A DNA stretch of 64,000 nt. Source: an uncultured Gemmatimonadales bacterium (GTDB lineage Bacteria > Gemmatimonadota > Gemmatimonadetes > Gemmatimonadales > GWC2-71-9). Made by a program: the position numbers and the translations under genes. The stretch lies in NCBI GenBank assembly GCA_963695555.1, contig CAVOGR010000005.1:465302-529301 (forward strand), written 5' to 3'. Shown piece after piece: positions 19,901 to 30,951 of this stretch. The notes beneath the pieces are model-generated. The model did not search any database. It was given only the letters and a program-made list of their open reading frames with translations, and was not told the DNA's origin. How positions within the stretch are numbered: position 1 is the first letter of the stretch; the number at the start of each line of letters is the position of its first letter.

Positions 19901-21119
19901 GATAACGGCTGAGTGCCAGCGTGGCGTTGGTGCCGCCGAAGCCAAACGAGTTTGAGATCACCGTGTCGAGGCCGGCGTTGTCGATGCGCGTGGTCGCAAT
20001 TTCGTCGGGCCGGAGCGCGGGGTCCAGCTCGGTGACATTGGCCGAGGCGGCGATGAAGTCGTCCTGCAGCATCATGAGGCAGTAGATCGCCTCCTGAACG
20101 CCGGTCGCCCCCAGCGAATGCCCGGTCAGCGACTTGGTCGAGGAGATCTTCGGCATGCTGTCCTCGCCGAACACCCGGCGGATCGCCATCACCTCGGTCA
20201 CGTCGCCCGCGGGCGTCGAGGTGCCATGCGCGTTGATGTAGCCGACCTTGCGGTTGCCGATTGTCGAGAGCGCAAGCTTCATGCAGCGCTCCGCCCCCTC
20301 GCCCGAAGGCGCCACCATGTCGTGGCCGTCGGAGGTGGCGCCGTAGCCGGTGACCTCGGCGTAAATCTTCGCCCCGCGGGCGAGGGCGTGCTCGAGTTCC
20401 TCGAGCACCACCACCCCGCCGCCGCCGGCGATCACGAAGCCGTCGCGGGTGGCGTCGAAGGCGCGGCTCGCCGTCGTCGGCGCGTCGTTGTACTTCGAGC
20501 TCATCGCGCCCATGGCGTCGAAGAGGCAGGACAGCGTCCAGTCCAGCTCCTCGCCGCCGCCGGCGAAGACGATGTCTTGCTTGCCGAACTGGATCTGCTC
20601 CACCCCGTTGCCGATGCAATGCGCCGAGGTCGAGCAGGCTGAGGTGATCGAATAGTTGACCCCCTTGATGCGGAAGGGCGTGGCGAGGCAGGCCGAGTTG
20701 GTCGAGGACATGCCGCGGGTGACCATGAAGGGGCCCATCCGCTTGGGCGAGCCCTTCTCGATGACGATCCGGTGCGCCTCGAACAGGTTCTTGGTCGAGG
20801 GCCCGCCAGAGCCCATGACAAGGCCGGAGCGCACGTTGGAGACGTCGCTCTCCTCCAGCCCCGCGTCGGCGATCGCCTGTTCCATGGCGATGAAGTTGTA
20901 GGCCGCGCCATCGCCCATGAAGCGCAGCTGACGCTTGTCCACGTGCTCGGCCACGTCGATGTCGGGGCGGCCATGCACCTGGCTGCGGAAGCCGTGCTCG
21001 GCGTAGTCGGGGGCGAAGGAGATGCCCGAGCGGCCCTCCTTGAGCGATGTCATCACCGCGCCGGCGTCAGTGCCGATCGACGAGACGATGCCGAGGCCGG
21101 TTATCACGACACGGCGCAT
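19893..21119 (-). CDS. fabB: Beta-ketoacyl-ACP synthase I
   Basis: [44 protein letters not shown]. Confidence 0.97.
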   Translation of the reverse strand: MRRVVITGLGIVSSIGTDAGAVMTSLKEGRSGISFAPDYAEHGFRSQVHGRPDIDVAEHVDKRQLRFMGDGAAYNFIAMEQAIADAGLEESDVSNVRSGLVMGSGGPSTKNLFEAHRIVIEKGSPKRMGPFMVTRGMSSTNSACLATPFRIKGVNYSITSACSTSAHCIGNGVEQIQFGKQDIVFAGGGEELDWTLSCLFDAMGAMSSKYNDAPTTASRAFDATRDGFVIAGGGGVVVLEELEHALARGAKIYAEVTGYGATSDGHDMVAPSGEGAERCMKLALSTIGNRKVGYINAHGTSTPAGDVTEVMAIRRVFGEDSMPKISSTKSLTGHSLGATGVQEAIYCLMMLQDDFIAASANVTELDPALRPDEIATTRIDNAGLDTVISNSFGFGGTNATLALSRYHG

Positions 21120-21131
21120 GGCCGGTCCTCC

Positions 21132-21638
21132 TCAATCCTGGAACAGTCCGACCTTCATGTCGGTGGCCGTATATATGAGTTCGCCGTCCGCGCGCATCTC
21201 CCCGTTGGCGATGCCCAGCTTCAATTTGCGGTCGATGACGCGGGTGAAGGTCACCGTGTACTCCACCAGCTTCACGACAGGTGTCACCATGCCGGTGAAC
21301 TTCACCTCGCCCACGCCGAGCGCCCGGCCGCGGCCCTGCATGCCGCGCCAGCCGAGGTTGAAGCCGGTGAGCTGCCAGAGCGCGTCGAGCCCAAGGCAGC
21401 CCGGCATCACCGGGTCGCCGACAAAGTGGCAGGCGAAGAACCAGAGGTCGGGGCGGATGTCGAACTCGGCCACGACGTGGCCCTTGCCCTCGGAGCCGCG
21501 GTCGGAGGAGATGTCGGTGACGCGGTCCATCATCAGCATGGGCGGCGTGGGCAGCTGCGGGTTGCCGAGGCCGAACATCTCGCCGCGGGCGCAGGCCATC
21601 AGTCCGTCGAAGTCGATGCGGGTGGGCCTGTCCTGCAT
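21132..21638 (-). CDS. fabA: 3-hydroxydecanoyl-ACP dehydratase/isomerase
   Basis: [33 protein letters not shown]. Confidence 0.97.
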   Translation of the reverse strand: MQDRPTRIDFDGLMACARGEMFGLGNPQLPTPPMLMMDRVTDISSDRGSEGKGHVVAEFDIRPDLWFFACHFVGDPVMPGCLGLDALWQLTGFNLGWRGMQGRGRALGVGEVKFTGMVTPVVKLVEYTVTFTRVIDRKLKLGIANGEMRADGELIYTATDMKVGLFQD

Positions 21639-21784
21639 GCGGGCTGTGTGCTCCCGGTCCCTGTCCTTCGTTTCCGGCCGACCTCTAGCACCCGGGCGGA
21701 CAATCGCGCAAGTAGCGCTCCGGCTTCTGCGCCGGGCGGCGATCGGCTAGGTTTCCGGCAAGATTGTCGGGCAGGGAGGATGCC

Positions 21785-22135
21785 ATGGCCTACGTCGACG
21801 GATTTCTGATCGCGGTGCCGACCGCCAAGCGCGAGGCCTACCGCGACCTGGCGGCGATGGCCGCACCGATCTTCCGCGAGTACGGCGCGCTCTCGGTGGT
21901 GGAGTGCTGGGGCGACGACGTGCCGGCGGGCAAGCTCACCTCCTTTCCCATGGCGGTGAAGCTGGAGCCCGGCGAGACGGTGGTCTTCTCCTGGATCGTC
22001 TGGCCGTCGCGCGAGGCGCGGGACGCGGGCAATGAGAAGGTCATGGCCGACCCCCGCATGCATCCCCCCGGCGAGATGCCCTTTGACGGCAAGCGCATGA
22101 TCTTCGGCGGCTTCGAGGTGCTGGTGGAGGGCTGA
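21785..22135 (+). CDS. DUF1428 family protein
   Basis: MAYVDGF...VVECWGDDVP...VVFSWIVW...MPFDGKRMIFGGF. Confidence 0.9.
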   Translation: MAYVDGFLIAVPTAKREAYRDLAAMAAPIFREYGALSVVECWGDDVPAGKLTSFPMAVKLEPGETVVFSWIVWPSREARDAGNEKVMADPRMHPPGEMPFDGKRMIFGGFEVLVEG

Positions 22136-22174
22136 CCGGGACCGGCGGAAGGAGGTTCCGCCCGGCACAACAAA

Positions 22175-22243
22175 TGTGGAGATTTTCTAAGTTTCTGAAA
22201 TTACACTATGAACGTGGTAAATGCGGGATTAACGGCGACGCCC
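22175..22243. repeat. Dispersed intergenic element, family 1, copy B
   Basis: Aligns gap-free with 5102-5163; lies between convergent DUF1428 and nitronate monooxygenase genes. Confidence 0.6.
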
Positions 22244-22246
22244 TGC

Positions 22247-23326
22247 TTATCGACGAAGCCCGCCGCCGATCAGCTCCAGCGCCTCCGAGGCCAGGCGCCG
22301 GGTCAGCGCGCCGGCGGGCTCCTCGCGGCCGATTGCCGCCGCCTGCCCCGCCCAGAGCGACATGAAATCGCCCGAGCCCGCCGGCTCGGTCGCGGCGCGC
22401 AGCGGCGCCAGCGCCCCGGCGGCCAGCGGGAAGTCGGGCGCAAGCGGCGAGACAGGCCCCACCTCGCGCACCACCCGGTTCACGATGCTCCGCGCCGGCC
22501 GGCCGGTGAAGACGTTGGTGAGCGCGGTGCCGTCGTCCCGCGCGGCCCGCAGTGCTGCGCGGTGCGGCGCCGCAACCCGCGCCTCGGGGCAGAAGAGATA
22601 GGCCGTCCCGATCTGCACTGCCGCCGCCCCCAGCGCGAAGGCGGCCGCGATTCCGCGCGCATCACCGATGCCGCCGGCGGCGATCACCGGCACGCGCACC
22701 GCGTCCGCCACCTGCGGCACCAGCGCGAAGGTTCCGGGCTGGCTGGCGATGTCGGCGGTGAGGAACATCCCGCGGTGCCCGCCGGCCTCGGCGCCCTGGG
22801 CGATGACCGCGTCGCAGCCCGCGTCCTCCAGCCAGCGCGCCTCGGCGACGGTGGTGGCCGAGGCCATCACCATCGCCCTCGTGGCCCGCACCCGCGCGAA
22901 CAGGGCCGGTTCCGGCAGGCCGAAGTGAAAACTGACGACCTCGGGGCGGAACTCCTCGACCAGCGCGCAGGCCGCCGCGTCGAAGGCGGCGCGGGCGGAA
23001 CCCGTCACGGCAGCCGCGGGGTCGAGGCCGAACTCAGCGTAGTAGGGCGCGAGCCGCGCCCGCCACGCCGCCTCGCGTGCGGGATCGTCGGCCGGCGCGC
23101 GGTGGCAGAAGAAGTTCATGTTCACCGGCCGCGCGGTCTGCTGGCGGATGATGCTCATCTGGCTGCGCATACCGCCCCCATCGAGGAAGGCGCAGGGCAG
23201 CGAACCGAGCCCTCCCGCCTCGGCCACCGCCACCACCATCTCCGACAGCACCGGCCCTGCCATCGGCGCCTGCACGATGGGATGCTCGATCCCGAACAGC
23301 TCCTGGATGCGTCGGTCCGGCCACAT
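22247..23326 (-). CDS. Nitronate monooxygenase family flavoprotein
   Basis: PIVQAPMAG, QGAEAGGHRG, VIAAGGIGD, TNVFTGRPAR, LWAGQ. Confidence 0.92.
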   Translation of the reverse strand: MWPDRRIQELFGIEHPIVQAPMAGPVLSEMVVAVAEAGGLGSLPCAFLDGGGMRSQMSIIRQQTARPVNMNFFCHRAPADDPAREAAWRARLAPYYAEFGLDPAAAVTGSARAAFDAAACALVEEFRPEVVSFHFGLPEPALFARVRATRAMVMASATTVAEARWLEDAGCDAVIAQGAEAGGHRGMFLTADIASQPGTFALVPQVADAVRVPVIAAGGIGDARGIAAAFALGAAAVQIGTAYLFCPEARVAAPHRAALRAARDDGTALTNVFTGRPARSIVNRVVREVGPVSPLAPDFPLAAGALAPLRAATEPAGSGDFMSLWAGQAAAIGREEPAGALTRRLASEALELIGGGLRR

Positions 23327-23337
23327 GGTCGCCTCCC

Positions 23338-25849
23338 CTATCCGTCCGCGCGGATGCGCGCGTTTTCCGGGTCGTACGGGCTGTCGCGGACGATCTCCGC
23401 GTCCCACAGCCGGTCCTGCATCCGCACCCTCAGCCGCGTCCCCGGCACGGCCAGCGCGGGCGTCACATAGCCCATGCCGATCGACTTGCCGAAGGCCACC
23501 GACCAGCCGCCCGAGGTCAGCCGGCCGACCTTCACGGCCCGTCATAGCAGCGCCTCGCGCCCCCAGGGGTCGGCGTCGTCCGGGCCGTCGATCAGCACGC
23601 GTGACGCATTTCGAGCGGATGCCCGTGTCGACCATCGCCTCCTTGCCCTGGAAGTCCTTGGTGAGGTCGACGAAGCGGTCAAGTCCGGCCTCCAGCGGGG
23701 TCGCGTCGCGGCCAAGCTCGGTGCCGAAGGCGCGGTAGCTCTTCTCCTGCCGCAGCCAGTTCTGCGCGCGGGCGCCGACGAGCTTCAGCCCATGCGGCTC
23801 GCCCGCCTCCATCAGCCGGTCGAACAGGTAGTTCTGCATCTCGATCGGGTGGTGCAGCTCCCAGCCGAGCTCGCCGGTATAGGCCACGCGGATCGCCGTC
23901 GACCGGGCACATGCCGAGCTCGATGTCGCGCGCCGAGAGCCAGGGGAAGCGCTTGTTGCCGAGCGCGGTGGCGGGCTCGGCGTCGTGGATCGAGCGTCGC
24001 GCAGGAGTCGCGCGAGCGTTCGGGCCGGCAAGCGCGAAGACGCCCCACTGGGTGGTGACGTCGTGACAAGTCGATCCGGCCGAACTCGGGCCGCCCATGT
24101 CCTCGGCGGCCTTGCGCAGGAAGTCGGCGTCATAGGCCGTCCAGGCGCCGGCGGAGACCAGGTAGTAGTCGTCCTCGCCGTCGCGGACGATGGTGTATTC
24201 GGTCCGCGTCGTGCCCGCGTCGGTCAGCGCATAGGTCAGGTTGATGCGGCCGACCTTCGGCAGCCGGTTGCAGGTGAACCAGTCGAGGAAGGCGGTCGCG
24301 CCCGGGCCCGCAGACCACAGTGCTTGGCGAAGGCGGTGGCGTCGATCAGTCCCGCCGTTCTCGCGCATCGCCTTGGCCTCCGTCGACGGCATATTGCCAC
24401 CAGCCGCCGCGGCGGAAGCTGCGGGCGTCGTGGTCGAATCGCAGCCGCATCGACGGGGCCATAGTAGATCGGGCGCTCCCAGCCGTTCACCTGCCCGAAC
24501 TGCGCGCCGCGCGCCTTCTGCCGGTCATAGGCAGGGCGCGGTGCGCAGCGGGCGGCAGGCCTCGCGCTCCTCGTCGGGGTGGTGCAGGATGAAGACGTGG
24601 TCATAGCATTCCTCGTTCTTGCGCGCGGCGTATTCGGTCGTCATCCAGCGAGCCGTAGCGCTTGGGATCGAGCGAGGCCATGTCGATCTCGGCCTCGCCG
24701 TCCACCATCATCTGCGCGAGGTAGTAGCCGGTGCCGCCGGCGGCGGTGATGCCGAAGGAGAAGCCCTCCGCCAGCCACATGTTGCGCAGGCCCGGCGCGG
24801 GGCCGACCAGCGGGTTGCCGTCCGGCGTGTAGCAGATCGGGCCGTTGTAGTCGTCCTTGAGCCCGACGCTCTCGGACGACGGGATGCGGTGGATGAAGGA
24901 CATGTACTCCGCCTCGATCCGCTCCAGGTCGAGCGGGAAGAGGTCGGCGCGGAAGCTGTCGGGCACGCCGTATTCGAACCGCGCCGGGGCGCCCTTCTCG
25001 TAGGGGCCGAGGATCCAGCCGCCCGCGCTCCTCGCGGACGTACCATTGGCGTCGGCGTCGCGCAGCACCGGGTGTTCGGGGTGGTCCTTGCGGAACGCCT
25101 GACCAGCGCGGGGTCGGGCTCGGTGACGATGTACTGGTGCTCGACCGGGATCGCGGGGATCTTGATGCCCAGCAGCCGCGCGGTGCGCTGGGCGTGGTTG
25201 CCGGTGGCGGTGACCACGTGCTCGGCGCGGATCTCGAACGGTCTCGTCGGAGGGCACGAGGTTGCCGCCCTCTCCACCATCTGTGCGCCCGAGACGACCC
25301 ACTCCGACCCGGTCCAGGCGTAGCCGTCGACCTGGGCGCGGCGCACGATCTCCACACCCATCTGCCGCGCGCCCTTGGCCATGGCCTGCGTGACGTCGGC
25401 GGGGTTGATGTAGCCGTCGTGGGGTGGAACAGCGCGCCGACGAGATCCTCGGTGCGGACGAGCGGCCAGCGGGCGTTGATCTGCGAGGGCGTCAGCCACT
25501 CGTGGGGATGCCGACGGTCTCGGCGGTGGTGGCATAGAGCTGGTACTCGTCCATCCGCGCGTCGGGTCTGCGCCATGCGCAGGTTGCCCACCACCGAGAA
25601 ACCGGCGTTCAGCCCGGTCTCGGCCTCCAGCGCCTTGTAGAGCTCGACCGAGTAGTCGTGGATGTGGCTGGTCGCATAGCCCATGTTGAAGAGCGGCAGG
25701 AGCCCCGCCGCGTGCCAGGTGGAGCCGCGAGGTCAGCTCGTCGCGCTCCAGGAGCATCGTGTCGGCCAGCCCGCCTTCGCCAGGTGATAGGCGATGCCCG
25801 TCCCCACCGCGCCACCGCCGACCACCACCGCGCGCACATGGCTCCGCAT
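23338..25849 (-). CDS. Dimethylglycine dehydrogenase-like FAD oxidoreductase / GcvT family; many frameshifts
   Basis: MRSHVRAVVVGGGAVG; NGPICYTPDGNPLVGP; GFSFGITAAGG; NGWERP; VAYTGELGWELH; LRQEKSYR; SPYDPEN, spread across about 10 frame segments. Confidence 0.85.
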
Positions 25850-26023
25850 CGCATCCTCCCTCGCGCTGCCGCCCCTTTCTCTAGCCGCGCGCGCCCCCGC
25901 GCAAGGGGGGCGGGCCGACCCATTCCGGGCGGATTGCGACGCGGGCGCCTGGCGGGTGGGGCTTGACCGCGACGCCTTGCCCGGCCATCTGTCCGGCCGG
26001 ACACGTGGTCTGGTGAGGATTGC

Positions 26024-28045
26024 ATGAACACGCTCATCGGGAACTGGAACACGCCCTTCGGCCTGCCGCCGTTCGGCGAGATCGAGACCACCCATTTCGC
26101 CCCTGCCTTCGACGCGGCCCTCGCCGAGGACCGGGCGGAGGTGGACCGCATCGCCGCCGACCCCGAGCCGCCCAGCTTTGCCAATACCATCGAGGCCATG
26201 GAGCGGTCGGGCCGCGCGCTGGACCAGGTGGCGGCTGTGTTCTTCAATCTCGCGGGCGCCCATACCAACGACGACATCGAGGCGCTGCAACGCGACCTGA
26301 GCCCGCGGCTGGCCGCCCACAGCGCCGCCACGATGATGAACGCGGCCCTCTTTACCCGCATCGACGATCTTGTGTCGCGCCGCGCTGACCTCGGGCTGAC
26401 GGCTGAGCAGGACCGGGTGCTCGGGCTCTATCACCAGATGTTCGTGCGCGCCGGCGCCCGGCTCGAAGGCGCCGACCGCGAGCGGCTGACCGAGGTGCTG
26501 CAGCGGCTGGCGAGCCTCGGCACCGCCTTCGGCCAGAACGTGCTCGCCGACGAGCGCCGCTGGTCGCTGGCCCTCGATGTGGCCGACCTTGAAGGCCTGC
26601 CCGACTGGCTCGTCGGCGCCGCGGCCGAGGCGGCGAGCGAGAGGGGCAAGGACGGCCACGCCGTCACCCTGTCGCGAAGCCTGATCGTGCCGTTCCTGAC
26701 CACCTCTCCCCGCCGCGACCTGCGCGAGACGGCGTTCCGCGCCTGGGTGGCGCGTGGCGAGAACGGCGGCTCGTCGGACAACCGGGCCGTCATTGCCGAG
26801 ATGCTGGCGCTGCGCGAGGAACGCGCGCGGCTGCTCGGCTATCGCGACTTCGCCGCCTACCGGCTGGAGCGCGAGATGGCCAGGACCCCGGAGGCCGTGC
26901 GCGACCTCTTGATGCAGGTCTGGGCGCCGGCGCGCGCCCAGGCCGAGGTAGACGCGGCGGCGCTGGAGACGCGGCTCAACGCCGACGGGATCAACGGCAC
27001 GCTGGAGCCCTGGGACTGGCGCTATTATGCTGCCATCCGCCAGCGCGAGGAACACGCGCTCGACGAGGAGGAGGTGAAGCCCTACCTGGCGCTCGACGCC
27101 GTGCGCGAGGCGGCCTTCGACGTGGCGGGGCGACTCTTCGGGCTGAGCTTCACGCCCTTAGACGTGCCGCTCTACCACCCCGACGCCCGCTGCTGGGAGG
27201 TCCGCAAGGGTGAGCGGCACATGGGCGTCTTCATCGGCGACTACTTCGCCCGCCCCTCCAAGCGCTCCGGCGCCTGGTGCTCGTCCTTCCGCAGCCAGTC
27301 GCGGATGGACGGCGAGGTGCGGCCCATCGTCGTCAACGTCTGCAACTTCGCCAAGGCCCCGAAGGGCGAGGCGAGCCTGCTCACCTTCGACGACGCGCGC
27401 ACGCTCTTCCACGAGATGGGCCACGCGCTGCACGGGCTGATGTCGGACGTGACCTACCGGTTCATCTCCGGCACTTCGGTGGCGCGCGACTTCGTGGAGC
27501 TGCCGAGCCAGCTCTACGAGCACTGGCTGGAGACGCCGGAGGTGCTGGAGGCCCACGCCCGCCACGTCACCACCGGCCAACCAATGCCGCGCGACCTCCT
27601 GGACCGGCTGATCGCGGCGCGCAACTTCGACCAGGGGTTCGCGACGGTGGAGTACCTCGCCTCGGCGCTGGTCGATCTCGACTTCCACGCCGGCCCCGCC
27701 CCCGCCGACCCGATGGCGGCACAGGCGGCGACGCTGGCGCGGATCGGCCTGCCGCATGCCATTGTCACGCGCCACGCGGCCCCGCATTTCCAGCACGTCT
27801 TCTCGGGCGACGGCTATGCCTCGGGCTACTATTCCTACATGTGGTCCGAGGTAATGGACGCCGACGCCTTCGCCGCCTTCACAGAGGCGGGCGACGTCTT
27901 CGACCCCACCATTGCCGCCCGTCTGGCCGAGAACATCTACGCCGCGGGCGGCTCCCGCGACGAGGCCGAGCTCTACACCGCCTTCCGCGGCCGGATGCCC
28001 GGCGTCGATGCCCTGCTCGCCAAGCGGGGTCTGAAGGCGGCCTAG
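26024..28045 (+). CDS. dcp: M3 family peptidyl-dipeptidase
   Basis: TLFHEMGHALH (HExxH), DFVELPSQ, KRSGAW, GYYSYMWSEV. Confidence 0.93.
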   Translation: MNTLIGNWNTPFGLPPFGEIETTHFAPAFDAALAEDRAEVDRIAADPEPPSFANTIEAMERSGRALDQVAAVFFNLAGAHTNDDIEALQRDLSPRLAAHSAATMMNAALFTRIDDLVSRRADLGLTAEQDRVLGLYHQMFVRAGARLEGADRERLTEVLQRLASLGTAFGQNVLADERRWSLALDVADLEGLPDWLVGAAAEAASERGKDGHAVTLSRSLIVPFLTTSPRRDLRETAFRAWVARGENGGSSDNRAVIAEMLALREERARLLGYRDFAAYRLEREMARTPEAVRDLLMQVWAPARAQAEVDAAALETRLNADGINGTLEPWDWRYYAAIRQREEHALDEEEVKPYLALDAVREAAFDVAGRLFGLSFTPLDVPLYHPDARCWEVRKGERHMGVFIGDYFARPSKRSGAWCSSFRSQSRMDGEVRPIVVNVCNFAKAPKGEASLLTFDDARTLFHEMGHALHGLMSDVTYRFISGTSVARDFVELPSQLYEHWLETPEVLEAHARHVTTGQPMPRDLLDRLIAARNFDQGFATVEYLASALVDLDFHAGPAPADPMAAQAATLARIGLPHAIVTRHAAPHFQHVFSGDGYASGYYSYMWSEVMDADAFAAFTEAGDVFDPTIAARLAENIYAAGGSRDEAELYTAFRGRMPGVDALLAKRGLKAA

Positions 28046-28085
28046 CCCGCCGCGACCGCCCGCACGCTTCGGGCGAGCCCGGCGA

Positions 28086-28454
28086 CTATTCGCCGTGCAT
28101 GAAGGCTTCCATCTCCTCGGGCGTGACGCCTCCGTCCGCATTGGCGTCCATGGCGGTGAACACGCGCGCATGCACCGCCTGCATCTCCTCGAGCGAAAGC
28201 GCGCCGTCGCCGTCGGTGTCCATCACGATCAGCATCATGCGCATCATCCCGGGCCCCATCATGCCAGGCCCCATCATGCCAGGCCCCATCATGCCAGGCC
28301 CCATCATGTCATCCCGGTTCCCCCATCGCATCATGTTGGCCCATGGGCCCCAGCCTTCGCGGTCGGGTCCCATCATTGGCCCGCCGGGGGCCTGCGCGAT
28401 GGCCCATGATCCGGCAGATATGGCGACGAGTGCTGTCAGTATCGCGGTTCTCAT
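28086..28454 (-). CDS. Exported EF-hand protein with Met-rich MMGPG repeats
   Basis: Signal peptide; MMGPG repeats; EF-hand loops DTDGDGALSLEE and DANADGGVTPEE; AAGGAGG RBS. Confidence 0.85.
   Translation of the reverse strand: MRTAILTALVAISAGSWAIAQAPGGPMMGPDREGWGPWANMMRWGNRDDMMGPGMMGPGMMGPGMMGPGMMRMMLIVMDTDGDGALSLEEMQAVHARVFTAMDANADGGVTPEEMEAFMHGE
28247..28308. repeat. 15-bp coding tandem repeat (about 4 copies, CCCCATCATGCCAGG) encoding MMGPG
   Basis: Direct reading of 28247-28308. Confidence 0.9.
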
Positions 28455-28567
28455 TGGCTCCTCCTTGATAGAGCCAGCCTGCGGGGCGCCCATGGTCGGG
28501 GCGTTGATCCAGGTCAAAGGCAAGGCGCACCAGGCCAAAGGTGCCGGAGACGTGATGCCGCGCTCGC

Positions 28568-28888
28568 TCCGAGGAGAGGATCGCCTCGAAATTCCTCGCT
28601 GACCGGCTGAAGGCGCTGACGGCCGCCGGCCTGCTGACCCGGGCGCCCGATCCGAGCCACCGGCAGAGGGCGATCTTGAGCCTCACCGGGGCCTAGATAG
28701 CACTCCTCCCGGTAATGGCGGCGCTGGGTGCCTGGGGGCGGCGCCACCTAGCGGTGAGCGAGGAGCTGGCCATCCGGGCGCAGCTGCTAGAGGAGGGTGG
28801 GCCAGCGCTCTGGGACAAGTTCATGGCCGAGCGGCTGCACGCCGCCTTCCAGGAGGTCCCCGCGCGAAACGCGCGAGGACCGGGCTAG
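28568..28888 (+). pseudogene. HxlR-family winged-helix regulator remnant (5' truncated, in-frame TAG at 28694)
   Basis: SEERIASKFLADRLKALTAAGLLTRAPDPSHRQRAILSLTGA*IALLPVMAALGAWGRRH...SEELAIRAQLLEEGGPALWDKFMAE. Confidence 0.7.
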
Positions 28889-29533
28889 CCGTCGAGGATG
28901 AAGACGTGCAGCGCCACCGGACCGTGGGCGCCGAGCTGCAGCACCTGGCCGATATCGGCCGAGCGCGAGGGGCCGGTGACGAAATTTAGCGTGCGCGGAT
29001 CGAGCCCGCGGGCGCGCCAGGCGGCCCAGAAGTCCTCGAAGCCGCCGCAGATGTCGGAGGCGCGCAGCACCGCGAAATGCGTCTCGCCGAGGAAGGTCAG
29101 CGTCACCGGGTTGTCGGGCCCCGACGCCAGCGCCAGCGTGCCGGTTTCGGCCAGCCCGAACTCCGCCCGGCTGAGGGTCGCGGGCTCTTCGAGCCGCCCC
29201 ACGCCGCGGCGTGGCCTCCAGCGTACCCCAGTCGAGCCCGGCGAACAGCGGATCGGCGCCCATGCGGATCCCGGCCGGCAGATTGCGCTTGCGCAGCTCG
29301 TGCGCCACCGCCTTCGGCAGCTCGGCGAGGCTGGAGACGCGCCCCACCGTGGCCGCCGCCGCCTCCAGCTTCTGCATGAACTGCACCAGCCGCTGCGGCC
29401 CGTGGCTCGCGCCCTGCCGCGGCTGCGGCCCGCCGCCCCGCGCCGCGATCCAGGCCTCGACCGCCGCCGCCCGATCCCCCGTACCGCCGGCCGCCGCGCG
29501 AACGCGGCTCAGAATGCGATCGCGCGCACTCAT
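28885..29533 (-). CDS. lutC: Lactate utilisation protein C (LutC/LldG), frameshift near 29205
   Basis: MSARDRILSRVR...; GLAETGTL; NFVTGPSRSADI; GAHGP. Confidence 0.88.
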
Positions 29534-30951
29534 TTCCGCGCCTTCCACTGGTCCATGAAGGTCCGCCCCGTCGGCGCCGGCAGATCACGCTGACCGGTCC
29601 AGCCCGAAGCCAACGGAAGCGAGGCGATCCGCCCCCGCTTGCCACCGATCCCGCGCAGCACCCCGTTGCCGACCCGCGCCAACAGCCGGTAGAGCCTCGG
29701 CCGCTGCGCGAACCACCCCCAGACGCCGAGGCCGGCGCGCACAGTCGAGGGAGTCAGCTTCTTCTCGAACTCGCGCTCGCGCCAGTGGCGCATCATCTTC
29801 GGCAGGGGAATGCGCATCGGGCAGACCGCCTCGCAGCGCCCGCAGAAGGTCGAGGCGTTGGGCAGCTGCCCGCCGGTCTCCACGCCGATCAGCGACGGCG
29901 TCAGCACCGCCCCCATCGGCCCGGGATAGACCCAGCCGTAGGCATGGCCGCCGACCGCCTGGTAGACCGGGCAGTGGTTCATGCAGGCGCCGCAGCGGAT
30001 GCAGCGCAGCATGTCCTGGAACTCGGTGCCGAGCATGTTCGACCGGCCGTTGTCGAGCAGCACCACATGATACTCCTCCGGCCCGTCCGGATCGCCCGGC
30101 CGCCGCGGCCCCTTGGAGAAGGTCGTGTAGACGCTCATCTCCTGGCCGGTAGCCGAGCGCGCCAGCACCCGCAGGATGGTCGCGGCATCCTCCGGCGTCG
30201 GCACCAGCTTCTCCAGCGAGGCCATGACGATATGCACCTTGGGCAGCGACTGGCTGAGGTCGCCGTTGCCCTCGTTGGTGACGATCACCGACTGCCCGGT
30301 CTCGGCGATCAGCACGTTGGCGCCGGTGATCCCGACCTCGGCCTCGAAGTACTTGCTGCGCAGCACCCCGCGCGCCTCCTTCAGCAGCGCATCCAGCTCC
30401 GACAGATTGCGATTGGCCGGAAGGTGGGTATGGGCCTTGCGGAAGGCGGCCTCCACCTCGGGCACGGTGACATGCACCGCCGGGGCGATGATATGGGAGG
30501 GGATCTCGCCGCGCAGCTGGATGATGTACTCGCCGAGGTCGGTCTCCACCGGCGTGATGCCGTTCGCCGCCAGCATGTCGTTGATCCCGCATTCCTCGGA
30601 GATCATCGTCTTGCCCTTGTTGACTGCCTTTGCCCCGGCCTTGCGGCAGATGTCGAGCACGATGGCGCGCGCATCCTCGGCGGTCTCGGCCCAGTGCACG
30701 ACCCCGCCGCTCGCCGTCACCGCCGCCTCGTAGCGCTCGAGGTAGAGGTCGAGGTTTGCAAGCACGTGGTCCTTCAGGTCCCGCGCCCGGTCGCGCAACT
30801 CGTCGAACTCGGGCAGGGCCTCCAGCGCGATGGCCCGCTTCTTGATGAAATTTCCGCGGCTGCCGCGCAGCGCACTCTGCAGATTGACGTTCGCCAGCGC
30901 CGCCCTGGCATTGGCCTTGAAGGCCGGCGTGGTGGCCTCATCGACGTTCAT
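29530..30951 (-). CDS. lutB: Lactate utilisation Fe-S protein B (LutB/LldF)
   Basis: ETDLGEYIIQL, PSHIIAPA, CIRCGACMNHCP, STFCGRCEAVCP. Confidence 0.95.
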   Translation of the reverse strand: MNVDEATTPAFKANARAALANVNLQSALRGSRGNFIKKRAIALEALPEFDELRDRARDLKDHVLANLDLYLERYEAAVTASGGVVHWAETAEDARAIVLDICRKAGAKAVNKGKTMISEECGINDMLAANGITPVETDLGEYIIQLRGEIPSHIIAPAVHVTVPEVEAAFRKAHTHLPANRNLSELDALLKEARGVLRSKYFEAEVGITGANVLIAETGQSVIVTNEGNGDLSQSLPKVHIVMASLEKLVPTPEDAATILRVLARSATGQEMSVYTTFSKGPRRPGDPDGPEEYHVVLLDNGRSNMLGTEFQDMLRCIRCGACMNHCPVYQAVGGHAYGWVYPGPMGAVLTPSLIGVETGGQLPNASTFCGRCEAVCPMRIPLPKMMRHWREREFEKKLTPSTVRAGLGVWGWFAQRPRLYRLLARVGNGVLRGIGGKRGRIASLPLASGWTGQRDLPAPTGRTFMDQWKARK

